Part shown: positions 11,534 to 24,727 of the stretch, in pieces
Layout of the letters: the number at the start of each line of letters is the position of its first letter
Numbering within the stretch: the stretch's first letter is position 1
Assembly: GCA_951406725.2 (NCBI GenBank)
Contig: OX597815.1
Coordinates: 124,620,001 to 124,684,000, forward strand
DNA: 64,000 nt
Origin: Octopus vulgaris
Lineage: Eukaryota
Reading direction: 5' to 3'
The notes under the pieces: model-generated
Database searches by the model: none
Told to the model about the DNA's origin: nothing
Seen by the model: only the letters and a program-made list of their open reading frames with translations
Translations under genes and position numbers: made by a program

Positions 11534-12334
11534 CGAGGGGCGTTCAATAAGTAATGCCCCTGACCAACTTGCATGTGCAATTATTCATATCTCTATAGAT
11601 TAAGTGGCAAATTAAAGCTCTGAACTAATTGTGGTTTCCGATTTACAGGTGTTTGAACTAAGTCAAGTGTGAAATGGAGCATGTCGAGTGTCGAGCAGTG
11701 ATCCGGTTTTTGTATTTGAAAGGACGCACACCACGGGAGCACCGTGACTCACCTCCTCGAAAGAAGGCAAGGGTGCAGCCCTCCGCTGGCAAGGTCATGC
11801 TTACAGTCTTCTGGGACCAGGACGGAGTAGTGAAGACAGATTTCCTGGCAAAGGGTGCCACAATTACAGGAGTCTATTATGCTTCACTTTTGAGGAAATT
11901 AAGAGAAGCTATCAAAATCAAGAGGCGGGGCAAGATCAGCAAAGGCATCCTCCTCCTGCAGGACAACGCTCCGATCCACAACTCACGTGTCGCCAGATCA
12001 GAAGCACAGGCGTGCGGCTATGAACTCATCCCCCATCCCCCCTACTCTCCTGACCTTGCACCCTCTGATTTTCACCTCTTCCCAGCCATGAAGTTGTTTT
12101 TGAAAGGAAAGCGTTTCCCAGATGATGCAGCCTTGATTTCTGAAGTCACGTCGTGGTTGGAGGACCAAGCTGGGGTCTTCTACAAAACCGGTCTTCAGAG
12201 CTGCATCAAACGATGGGAGAAATGCGTAACTCTGGGTGGTTCCTATGTAGAAAAAGACTAATAACTGTTCCAAGTTTCGTTGCTCTACTGCTATGGGAAG
12301 TGGGTCAGGGGCATTACTTATTGAACGCCCCTCG
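11534..12334 (+). mobile_element. internally deleted mariner (irritans/Bytmar-like), 801 bp
   Basis: Perfect TIRs cgaggggcgttcaataagtaatgcccctgacc; TA TSD at 11532-33 and 12335-36. Confidence 0.95.
11674..12261 (+). CDS. open 195-aa internally deleted mariner transposase
   Basis: The N-terminal MEHVECRAVIRFL is fused in frame to SAGKVMLTVFWD...LLQDNAPIH...HPPYSPDLAPSDFHLF. It lacks most of the HTH region, the WVPH linker and the first catalytic Asp. Confidence 0.75.
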   Translation: MEHVECRAVIRFLYLKGRTPREHRDSPPRKKARVQPSAGKVMLTVFWDQDGVVKTDFLAKGATITGVYYASLLRKLREAIKIKRRGKISKGILLLQDNAPIHNSRVARSEAQACGYELIPHPPYSPDLAPSDFHLFPAMKLFLKGKRFPDDAALISEVTSWLEDQAGVFYKTGLQSCIKRWEKCVTLGGSYVEKD

Positions 12335-13569
12335 TATACAGTGGTAGGCCATTAAACCAAACTCAATAGTTCGTTCATTAAAAAAAAAATTTTTATTATT
12401 TTTTTTTTTAAGTTAAATTAAAATACATGAGCAGCAACAGTTCTCACATCGACAATGCTCTTCTCAATACGTGTGATGTACCAGTTAAGACAATCTTTTG
12501 CACTTCTTGCAGGGATGGTAAGCCAGGGATCATTCTCATATAATTTTCGGTTCCCTTCTTGATCATTCCTAGTGCTCCTACGATCACTGGTATTGTAACC
12601 GCCTTGAGATGCCACATTTCTCAATTTCAATGAGTAGGTCTTTATATTTTCTGAGCTTGTCAAACTCTTTCGCTGAGATATTATGATCACAGGGGATGCT
12701 CATGTCGATCAATAAGCAAACTTTATTGTTTTGGTCTTTCACAACAATATCTGGTTTATTGGCCTTGATGGTTCGGTCTGTATGTACTGGAAAGTCCCAC
12801 AGAATGGTTACATTTTCTCCTTCAGTTACAGCCTCAGGGTGGTGATTATACCACTTGTCGGCAGTTTTGATATTGTAATGCCGACTTATTAGCCAGTGTA
12901 GATATTGGCCAACTCTGTCATGTCTTAATTTATACTCCACTGGTGCTAAGACTTTACATCCAGAGATTAGGTGGTCCACTGTTTCAATCATGTCGTTGCA
13001 GAATCGGCATTTTGGGTCTGCTCCATTTTTCATCACATTGGCCTGGTAGTTCCGGGTTAATAGGCTTTGATCTTGAGCATCCAGGATGAAACCTTCGCTC
13101 TCTGCTTTTAGCCCTGAGCTCCGTAGCCACTGATGGGTTTGCTTCTGGTCAACATCAGCTTGTTTGCTGCGGGTCACATATTTGCCGTGCAGAGGTTTCT
13201 CCTCCCACCTATCAGCCAATTGCTCGTGCGCTTTTTTCATTGCCATCATTTTCACCTTCTTTGCAACAATAGTTGCCGTACTTCCCTCGGGTTGTTCAGT
13301 TTGGGTATCCTGCACGAGATCAATAGCAAATTTTTTGCTTTCCTTTATAATAGAATGAAGCTTCTTTCATCTCTCGTGATTTTCCACGAGCTTTAGCATC
13401 CAGTCATTCGATATTTCGAGATATTTGGTCAGTCCAATTGTGGTTGTTTTGTAAGCTAGTTCAAATTGGACCAGGCCTCGACCTCCTTGGGCTCTGGGAA
13501 GGTAAAAGCGATCTACGTCTGCCTTTGGGTGGTGCATCCTATTACAACTCAGCAGCTTGCGTATTTTCC

Positions 13570-13636
<67 letters not shown>

Positions 13637-14190
13637 GAGTTAGACAGCAATGCATGCCATCAAAGTGACACTGGGGTAAAATATAGGAAGCCTAGTATAC
13701 CCATCATGATCACCCGTATGATAAAGGTACAGCAGGCACATGCATCACAACCATATGTGTGCGACATGGTAATCTCATATCAAGATAAACAGTGCATGAT
13801 CTTGCAGTTAGGGCCCAGTTTGAATTTTCATCTGGTCGAGTAACCCATCCCGCTCAAAAGGTCCCTAAATAAGGATTGTTTAAGGATGTTGAACGAACCA
13901 CCCCTGTTTCTAAAGGTGAACTATCCAAACCTCTAAGAATTCCTTTTAACACACGGCTATGATGCTCCCCCACTACTTCTGCTCATGATCAGAGATGCAC
14001 ATATCGTCAGCCACCAAGGGACATGCTCAACTGGTTAAGGTCAAACAACTGACAAGCAAATCTGTGGTATTGAGCAGAATATTTGCTGTAGCCTATCTTT
14101 TATGCCAAGACAAAACAATGTACATGATAACACTTCCAATCAGTTAAGATCAGCAGCCATGAGACCCACTGCCTGGCACTGCATCACGGC

Positions 14191-14193
<3 letters not shown>
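13637..14193. mobile_element. 557-bp non-coding cassette bounded by (TAA)n arrays; probable non-autonomous retroelement
   Basis: Complex sequence, GC-richer than its surroundings, with sharp borders at (ATT)n on both sides; no protein motif recognised. Confidence 0.55.
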
Positions 14194-14268
<75 letters not shown>

Positions 14269-14647
14269 GTAAGGGTGGAGAGGGAAATATTTTCCTCCAG
14301 TCAATTTATCAAAAAGGTGGATGATTGTAATGAAAATGGTTAGAGTGAATGTGGCTACTTTAAGTGTGGGAAAGGGCTCGTGCCTTGATGATCAAGTTTA
14401 TCATTGACCAATGGTATTCCTTCACTGGCTCTAGCTGGTGCATCAATGTTTCAGGTGGACTGCATCGCTCATGTGTTCAAATGTTTTATGTTTTAAGCAA
14501 ATGTGATATATATTTATCATTTCATTCTCTTCACTACTTTTACTCTTTATTCCTTTTTTTGCATTGTAAAACCACACACAAATTGGAACCTGCATTTGTT
14601 ATCTCACCCTAATCTGACGCACCATTGTCAAATGAAAATTATGTCAA

Positions 14648-14751
14648 TGGTGATGATGATGCTGCTGCTGATGATGATGACCACCAGCACCAGCACCACC
14701 ACCGCTGCAATTACTATCATCCACTTTCTCAACAGCAGCAGCAGCAGTAGC

Positions 14752-14786
<35 letters not shown>

Positions 14787-14850
14787 CAGCAGCAGCAGCA
14801 GCGGCAGCAGCAGCAGCAGCCGTAGTAGTCGTTGCAGTAGTAGCAGCAAT
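14648..14850. repeat. compound trinucleotide repeats (GAT/CAC/AGC/AGT)n
   Basis: Directly visible. Confidence 0.9.
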
Positions 14851-16053
14851 AGTATAACTAGTATAAATGTTAGCTCACAGAAGCAAAGTCGATCTAAGGC
14901 TATTTGCGCATTTGCCTTTAAAATAAAACAGGGCATTATTATTTCTGCTGACACTTTTCGTTGGAATTAACGACGTGCGTCTCGCCTTATTAACGCACAA
15001 TACCACAGACACTTCAGGAGAGTGCATAAATTTTATAACGGCCCTTATACATAACGTATATTGTATCTAGTAGCTTTATTTGCAGAATTTGTAATTACGA
15101 GCTCCCTAAGCACACTATGTTTTTCTAACTGATTTGATTCATAACTCACGTACAAACCAATTATGAATAGAAGAATGTTTTCATACCCTATATTTTAATT
15201 TCTTTTATCCTAGACCTTGATACCTAAATAGCTTTCCTAATTGCTTTCGGACATATTTTAGTTTGGAATGGGTTGAAATATCTACGAAGCTAAACATGTT
15301 TCTTCAGGACCCGCCTTGGTCACAAAGGCAAATTAGTCGCATTGCACTGCTTTTTGTTGTTTGTACAACAATGATATCGTCATTACCAAATAATTTGTGT
15401 TTAGCTTCATACACCTTTATCTAATGTTGAGGTAACGAACTATACTAAACGCTGGTACTATACTTAATGCAACTGATTTTTTTTTTTTTTTGTAGACAAT
15501 TACATTTACTAATCTTTTAGTCTTGAAATATATTCTCTCGCTTAGCATCACACTTTCCCGCCTCTTTTCACACATATAAACTCAAGCTCACAAGCAAACA
15601 TTATTGTCTTGGAAGTTGATGGCAAATAAAAAAAAAAACTTGCAGAGGGAATATCATTCCTAAACATTGTAATAGATATCACCGTGTGTATCTGAGTGTG
15701 ATTTAATTGTATGGAATTCACTTTAGCTAATTATAAATAATTGGTATCGAATATTCTACAATAAAAGTTTATTTTTCATCTGATTCACGTAATCTGGACT
15801 CAAAGCCAGCTTTATAGTCGTCTTGTATGGAGTGGAGACGAGTATTCTTTCATGGTAGAGAAATTAGAAAGGGTATCGAGAGAGTCGTGTTTCTGAATTT
15901 TAAAGTGCATAAGCCAACATCAGCGTCAAAAATGTGTTATAAAAATTTAAATGTCTTTAGAATAACATGCAAATCTTAATATTCGGTCGAATGAAATAAT
16001 TTCAGGAACAATTCTAATAAAAATTGTTTCAGTATGCAGAGATTAATATATGT

Positions 16054-16316
16054 TTAATATGCAACTTGGAAATCTGCAACGTCTATCGTATTGTTTATTA
16101 TCTCTTTAGGAAATTGAAATTCTTTAGAGTTTTGTGTTCTGTGGTAATAAAACCCTATCTGCAGAAAGAAATCTGGAAAATCTAATTTCGCTGTATAGCC
16201 AATATCTATTCTACTGACTCCAGAGGCAGGAAAAATATAATCAGTTGACATCAGACAGTAACTTACAAATATATAGTTTATAATCCAGTTTTCCACTTCT
16301 TTTCCAATGTCTTCAC
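16054..16316 (-). other. possible pair of small exons (16267-16316 and 16054-16158) of an unidentified gene
   Basis: tttcag|GTGAAGAC...ATATTT|gtaagt, a 108-bp intron, then tttctttctgcag|ATAGGG...TAA. Joined in frame: (G)EDIGKEVENWIINYIF-IGFYYHRTQNSKEFQFPKEIINNTIDVADFQVAY*. No homology recognised. Confidence 0.22.
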
Positions 16317-17204
16317 CTGAATGTACACATTCCTTTTCACGAAAGCAAATATAAACATATAGATATTTGTAACTCTCTGACCGAAAGTTATACTAACAAG
16401 AGTAAAGAAAACGACCTCACTTCCATTTACCAGTTATCTTATGTGTATAAACGTGTAAAACAATGTTTTGGTAGAATTGTCAGGAACTCATAAAGGTGAA
16501 GGATTCCTGCCGTCAATGTTCTCCTAAAACAATTCGTTTATTGAGGAGTTCAACCAGAAGATGAACATTCGTAAATATCTCATATCGAATTAATACAGCA
16601 AACTGGTCTTTTTACACGTAATTAATTTTACCTTAGAACAGTGCCCTTTCATAAAATATGAGTAAAATTGATTTATTTGGTTCCAGTAAAAATTAGATGT
16701 ATCAAATATCCACCTATTTAATCAAACTGCATCATTCCATGGCAAAAGTGAATATTGCCGTTCTGTACAATAATTAAAGAAATAAAAGGTTGTTGGTATG
16801 TAAGGCGGATGAAACATAGAATAAGAATCTTCATTGCATTTCTTCTAACATATTATAGAAATATTTTCAGAGTGGAGAATTGTACCTCTGAGTATCCGCA
16901 CAATTTCTGTCTCAAATCCTGTGTGGATATAAAACGAATACAAATTGTTGGCAGGCGGCAATTCGAATCTAGCATATTACTGTTTGTTATTTTAACGACT
17001 ATTTGTGAAAGAAAAAGAGTATAAACGTGGTATGATTTGCAATATAAACATTAAGGCACTGAATTTGATATGCAAAGAATCCAGTTGTAATAGACAAGAG
17101 AAAGATTTATTTCTCATCTGATTAGTGTAAAAAGAAGCCTGCAGCTAAGAGCTGGCAGTTACGACTGGTAAAAGTCTCACTAGGCATGTGAATATGTTTT
17201 ACAG

Positions 17205-17247
<43 letters not shown>

Positions 17248-19060
17248 CCATCTCCTTCTCAGGAAATTAAAAACATAATGGAAGACCGAGAAAAAAATTA
17301 TCCGATCACAAACCCATTCTGTTCCGATCACAGATCTATTCTGTTGCTATATCTCTTTACAAAAACGATTTATGATATATAAAAGACAATTAAGAAGAGA
17401 AGACAAAATCAGTTTTCTTCCAAAATGAAGTAAGATGTTAGATTTGAAAATAATTATATATACAATACAAAGATGTAAATAATTATCGCATGGCTCTTTT
17501 TAACAGTTAAGGGATACAAATGTGCAAATATCATATGAATTTTGTTTTAGTCTTCTATAGTATTGCGTTGGCCACAGAGGTTTTCTCAGTACAAATGTAG
17601 TACTGGAAGACGGTGGCAAACGCCATGGGACAGCTAAAGTTTTGACATAAATTTAACGAATTAGTTCCTTTTATGAGTGTAACGAAATCACTAAAGAGTA
17701 GAAAACGAACCAAATGAGGCATGTATGCCCCCCTAGGGAACATCAACAGGCGTAAAGATACTGAAAGTTATTTATCAATCTGCAGAAAGGAAGTCAGTCT
17801 AGTTGAGCACGAATGCGCGGTGCCAAGTAGGTCAGTTTTGGTAAAGTAATGCAATCTACAGCTGTAACATGAATTGAACATACGTATATAAACACATTCA
17901 TATATAAATACATGCAAGCATATATAATATTTAAAAGAACTATGGGAGGACAAATTGACACATGAAACTGGCTTGCTATAGCACGGGCAAATATTGCAGC
18001 CTCTTGTCCACGTTTTAAGCGTTATATATAATCTTTACAGAAGCAGCTGTTTTGAATCAACCCCTTAAGATAACTGCGAGTTCAGCAAGGTTATGAATAA
18101 TAAACAAATGGGAAGTAAGGAACTTGAGGTTGTGCCGAACAACTTCTAATTAATAAAGCCGTGCTGTACGAATTAAGAAAAACATTGCAGAAATCTTGTG
18201 ACAATATAACTGAAACATACAATCCCAGACGTACGAAGACCAGCTCTGAAATATATATTAAAAAAAACAAAAACAAATTCCAGCACAATGATAATTGGTG
18301 CAATATTCAAAACAAAATTTTTATTTAAAGCAATTATAGTAGCAGTGCCAGGGACACTACGCCCAGAAGACAAAACTTGTGTACTGTAGGGATTGAAATG
18401 TATTGCGTATTCAAACCTTTCGTTCGATATAAAAGTGAAAGAGAAAATTTGAGACACGCACACATGCACATACATACATGCTCACATACGCACATACACA
18501 CGCATGCACACACACTCACACATACATAGACACACACATATATATTTAATATACAATATATGATATATAATATATAATATATGATATATAGAATATATAT
18601 AATATAATACACACACACACACATATATATATATGTAAAAGTAAAATAAGTCCATATCACCACACGCACCTCCATCTCCATATAACTACCATTCCTCTCT
18701 TTCAATCACCTTCCACTCCTCCTCACAAAATACACATAGAAATGGCCACATACCACAATCAACCTTTTCATTGATCATTTTTGATAAACAACTATCAATT
18801 AAACATCCATTAAAGCTATATTGCCCGAAGAAATGAATGCATGGACATGATCTACGCGATTTCCACAGATACTACGAACCGCAGTGTAATCATCACAGGA
18901 ATAAGGCCTATGACCTTAAGAAACATCTGAGTTGTGGAAACGCGCGTAACGATGCATTAAAATATTCATAAATTCCATTCAATGGTTTATTATTATTATT
19001 ACAGTAATATAATATGTGTATATATATATCATATCATATCTATCTATCTATCTATCTATC

Positions 19061-19098
<38 letters not shown>

Positions 19099-19132
19099 AC
19101 ATATACATATATCTGTATGTAAGTTAATATAT

Positions 19133-19201
<69 letters not shown>

Positions 19202-19872
19202 GGTTGAATGCGAGTTCGCCCATTAATTGGAGTAATTTCCAAAGATTTCTTACGCTGTTTCTTCATACTTTACGTTTAAATTTACTAGTGTAAATTTGTG
19301 TAGATATGAAAACTTACATAGAAATATCAACTTCTTAAATACAGTTCAACAACTTAATTCACATTTATGTAAATGGGGGAGATTAGATGTTAAAATGTAT
19401 AATAGTTTTTATCCAAGACTGGTGTTGTTTAAATAGACATGACTCCAATTACAAGAACCCATTGCAAAATGATTGATAACACCATACCTATATAGTTCTT
19501 ACGTCTTTTTAGTTTTTATATAAGCTTTTGACGAGTACTTTCTGACAACTCAGATTTTCTTATTTCAATATCTTGCTTTTCTGTACGAAACAATTGTATA
19601 GCAAGATGAATAATAAAAACTATTCTCAATTTTATCATTTACATAAATATGAATGAATTTGTTGAACTGTGTTTAATAAGTTAAATCATATATATATATA
19701 TATATATATATATCAAATGGATGGCTTACTAGCATTTTAACAACCTAAAGGCAAAATTATAGACGTCACTAAAGTGACAGAGGGTGCTTAGTAGTACCAT
19801 TATTTCTAGAAATAAGAGTCAAAACAACTCATGTGTTGCAAGATTCCTGATGTGAAACCGTGTACTGAAAGA

Positions 19873-20136
19873 TATTGCTATATTTCGGGATGGTCATTTT
19901 TTGTTTTTGAGATTTTGCCAAATAAGCACATATAAGCACTATGTATTCGGTCTTCACTCGTTTATTACTTCGTTTATTACTGCTCTTATTTTATCTTATT
20001 TCCATTGTTCGGAAATCTTCCGTCACAGTGACTTTTTCAGCGACCTTTTCCATCTGCGTGTATCTTCTTGCTCCGTTTAGTCCAATCTATTTGACAAATA
20101 AACAAAAAAAAATGACCATCCCGAAATATAACAACA
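19873..20136. mobile_element. 264-bp element with ~30-bp terminal inverted repeats (MITE-like or inverted Penelope pLTR derivative)
   Basis: tattgctatatttcgggatggtcattttt ... aaaaatgaccatcccgaaatataacaaca. Confidence 0.8.
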
Positions 20137-20148
20137 CTACACACACAC

Positions 20149-20179
<31 letters not shown>

Positions 20180-20394
20180 CTTGGACGTTTGGTTACTTGG
20201 TTATTCGTAGAAGTCCTCCAGTATCAAGAGGGCCACATTACTGTGACATTTTGTATACTACGTAAACTTTCTTTCTTTGTTTTGTTGTACATCGTGTATA
20301 CTTTTCACATTTTTATATAAATCAACTCCTTCTATGTAAACCCAACACTTTATACCTATATATTATCTCTCTATATTTCTTTCTGTCGCTCTCT

Positions 20395-20431
<37 letters not shown>

Positions 20432-20433
<2 letters not shown>

Positions 20434-20634
20434 AGAAAAGACGTCAACAAGAAACTATGACATTACAACCAGCCAAGCAAAGTCTTCGCTACATTTGCGG
20501 CACCTGGCAGAGGGAGCGTTTGTCCAGGATAGGACTACAGCCACAGCAGGAGATGTATTAGGACATGAAATGTAAAAGCCGGACTAGATTATTTTATGCG
20601 CAACTCCATTGTCTCCCGAGACAAAAATGATGCC

Positions 20635-20648
<14 letters not shown>
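20432..20648 (+). mobile_element. RTE-clade LINE 3' end
   Basis: YICGTWQRERLSRIGL.SHSRRC (decayed terminal C2H2-like motif), then tccattgtctcccgagac...gatgcc and an (AAC)n tail. Confidence 0.75.
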
Positions 20649-20684
<36 letters not shown>

Positions 20685-21888
20685 TGAATTCAATCATGAA
20701 CAAATAGATGCATGCAAATACATGCACATACATACTCACACACATATATGTATACATAGATATATACATGTATATATGTGTATGTGTGTGTGTGTTTGTG
20801 TGTACATGAGAGTATGTGTGTGTGTTTTGTGTGTTTGTGTGTGTGTGCCTGCGCTGTGAGTGTAGGAATTTACTATGTAAGTACATTATCCATATACACA
20901 TTCACAAACTTTCGGCATAGATTGAAGACAACCTTGATTCACTATTTTCTTTGATGCGTAAAACATTTCATCGTATATCAGTCAATGTATTCAAACTGGA
21001 GATCATTTTTTGTTTGTTTACTTAATATGTGAATAACGAATCCTGTATGGATATAGGACCAAAGGAAGGAATGCAGTAAAAGTAGTTTAAGTGAAAACAA
21101 AGATGTTGTTTTCTACTTTAGGCAAAAGGTTTTCTGAACTTCCTTCCTCAGTATATGTAACCCACACCAGATATATCGCTTACACTATTTAATGACGTTG
21201 TTACCTTTAGGAAATATTTGTTTATTATATACCGGTAAATGAAGACTGATTCTAGAAACATTAAAGGAATGTTGTCGACTGCAACCTTTCATCGGTCAGA
21301 AAACAAATGGGTGACTACGAGACAAAGGCGATGGCGCTATACCCTTGTGTCAGATTGCGGCAATACAAAACCAGAGCAAAAAATATGTTTTACATGTTGC
21401 TGGTAATTTTCTTGACAAATATGTAAATAAACAGCACATACTTAGCTGTTCTGCTCAGAAATAGATCTGAATTTGAGTATTCCCCAAACAGTTTGATTTA
21501 CAGTAAATTTGCTACTGCTTTTAAACCCATGGCTCAAAATCAACGAAAGCATCACCATGACATTTAATTTAAGCTTTATATTTTAGATTCCATGAAAGGG
21601 TAGCCGGGCTGAATTTTTCTCCACCGCAAACTGATAAAATGGTAAAAATTTGGAAGTAATAAAAAGATTAAATGAATGCTGCAAGAAAAAAAAAGTCAAT
21701 GTCTTCGTATGAAAACTGTATATTATTCAAATCTAAGAAAATTAAACACATAGGTAGTGTGCTTAATTCCCCAAAAGTTAAAGTATTTCAGTACCCTCCA
21801 AAATAATTATTCAACATTCAAAATTAAAAACCACGAACAAAGACATCAAGTGTTTTAGGGAATCAAATTTATGGTTCTTCAGATTTAT

Positions 21889-22052
21889 AGGCGCAGGCGT
21901 GACTGTGTGATAAGAAGCTTGCTCCCCAACCACATGGTCCCGGGTTCAGTCTCCCTGTGCGGCACCTTAGGCAAGTGTTTCCTGCTATAGCCTCGGGCCG
22001 ACTAAAGCCTTGTGAGTGGATTTGATAGAAGGAAACTGAAAGAAGTCCGTCG

Positions 22053-22119
<67 letters not shown>

Positions 22120-22376
22120 ATATATATATATATATATATGCATGTATTTATGTGCGTATCTTTGCGTCTGTGTTTGTCCCCGCCCACTGCTTGACAACTG
22201 ATGCTGATATATTTACTTCTCGTTAACTTAGCGTTTCGGCAAAAGAGACCAACAGAATAAGAATTAAGATTACATAGAATAAGCCCTGGGGTCAATTTCT
22301 TCGACTAAAACCTTTCAAGGCAGTGCTCCAACATGACCGCGGTCAAATGAAATAAGAAAAGAAATAAAAGAATAAA
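21889..22376 (+). mobile_element. tRNA-derived SINE with an internal (CTAT)n/(TA)n microsatellite
   Basis: Head aggcgcaggcgtgactgtgtgataagaag...gggttcagtc, central accttaggcaagtg, tail aaggcagtgctccaacatgaccgc and an A-rich end. Confidence 0.88.
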
Positions 22377-23295
22377 GTCATAGTATGAGCTCTACAATAA
22401 GAGTAACACATACACGCAAAAATATATATACATACACGAAGTTTCTCCAACATTTGGAGTGCCATCGAACAAAGATACAAAATTTGTGACTGTTAAAACA
22501 TGTAGCCATAGGAAGTCTCTCTAGGCAGCTGCATAAACACGAGGAAACAACCTGTCACCTTTTCTTTTATAATAAAGACATTACCAAAACAAAGAATACC
22601 CAATGAAGTCCGTCTAAAAGGTGGAATGCAAGCTACGGTTAATCAAGGTGTGGGTCAAGGGGTCCAGGTAGGCATTTCAAAAAGTTGAGACAAGTTTCTA
22701 GCTCATAAGAGAAAAGTTGGACAACTGAAGATTCTTTTATCTGTAACTACAAGTGATCTACCGCAGTTGCAACGTTAAGAAGCCGCAATAAATACCTCAT
22801 TTATAAGATTCATGAAGGGAAAATGAAACGGTTACAGATTTTGAATTCTCACTGACAGGAAGCAGGAACAGGCCCATCATTACAAAGGTGTCTGAGTGTT
22901 TTACAAGTTCATGTAACACTGTAAAAGAATAAGTGGTTAAGAATAGTTTTAAAATATGACATTCGTAATGTCTTTGAATGCACGGAGAACGATGTATTAC
23001 TCGAAGAAAGTAACCATGACCAAATCCAGGATCTATAACAGAAAATTCCAGCTCTGAACAGTGTAAGGATGCCGGTTTATCTAGTGTCCAAGGTGAAGAT
23101 TTACTAGAATTTTTCAACTAATGATTAAATAAACCATAACGATATTTTTACGTTTATTATCTGCTTACCGCGTTGAATAGAAACTGGAATTCACTGAAAT
23201 ACCAGTTTCTATTAGAATTCATTCAATTTATGTTCCTGCTAGATTAGTTAACTAAAGAATTATTTGATATGTTTGCATATACTATGCATACATGC

Positions 23296-23746
<451 letters not shown>

Positions 23747-23794
23747 CACACACACACACACATATAGTTATTCATACACACACATACATACATA

Positions 23795-24270
23795 CATGGT
23801 GGCTGCCCCCTCGTTATCGAGTATGGCCATTGCACGAAGCTTAATCAATGTTGTTATCGTGCAATGCCTGTGCAAGAAGATTTTTTTTTTAAAGTGAGGG
23901 AAGGCTGTGCACTGAGTCAATCCCACTAACTAAGCAACAGAAGCCATAATCCGAAAAGAAGAACAAGTCAACATCATCGGTAACCACCGAGCCGCAGGTT
24001 TTATGTCGGAGTTATCCCAGTTACCTGAGTTACCTTCTCCTAGAAGGATGCCCTAACAAAGGCTAGGAGTCCTTCACTCCCAATGGTTTAACCGTGCGAT
24101 AGAGTATTTAGTTCGATTATTTCTATGTCTCCGCGCATGATACAGCCTTAAGACATTTATTGGATGGCCGTTGACTCTCAAGAGTTCCTCCACCCTTTGA
24201 TGGCTTTTGTTTTTCATTCCGCAGGTTGTCCAATAAACACCCTCCACACTGGACTGGGACCACGCTGGGA
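23795..24270 (-). mobile_element. non-autonomous RTE-derived element (5' UTR plus 3' tail, no ORF)
   Basis: Minus-strand ggcatccttctaggagaaggtaactc resembles the RTE 5'-UTR motif ggcaaccagtctaggagaaggaaaactc. The 3' end atggccatactcgataacgagggggcagcc resembles RTE tails. Confidence 0.55.
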
Positions 24271-24658
24271 AAGCATTTCGTAAATCTTTTCTCTATTCTT
24301 TTAAATATATCAATTTAAGGACACCACATGGGGAATTCAAACGGAATGATTTTTTAAAAATATTTTTTAAATGTTTGTTTATTTGTCTTCCATGTTAATT
24401 ATAGTTCGCAGAGGTGTATATTCAGCAACAATATGCGACTATCACCGCTTCAAGCAGTAGGTGGCGTCGAGAAAAGTTAGTTGAAAAGTTAGGGGCATAA
24501 GAAAGCCATTGTCGCAGACAAAACGTAAAAGACTAATAAAGAAATATGAAGCATGATTTGTTAAAAAGATCAAATTGAAATAGAGTGATATATTGAGTAT
24601 AAGATGCGCATGCATACACACATGCATATACACTCATACACACATAATATATTTACAC

Positions 24659-24727
<69 letters not shown>

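Larger units (their letters stand above)
11455..13570 (-). mobile_element. R4/Dong-clade element, 5'-truncated, with a mariner inserted in its 3' UTR
   Basis: ORF 12584-13315: KPLHGKY, WLRSSGLKAESEGFILDAQDQ, CRFC...HLISGC, RHDRV, ILWDFPVHTDRTIKANKPDIVV, KYKDL. Upstream MHHPKADVDRFYLPRAQGGRGL. Both ends abut (TAA)n. Confidence 0.93.

Noticed and set aside
14503-14970. 155-aa Ser/Thr/Met-rich ORF
   Set aside because: It is made of compound trinucleotide repeats, with no splice or homology support.
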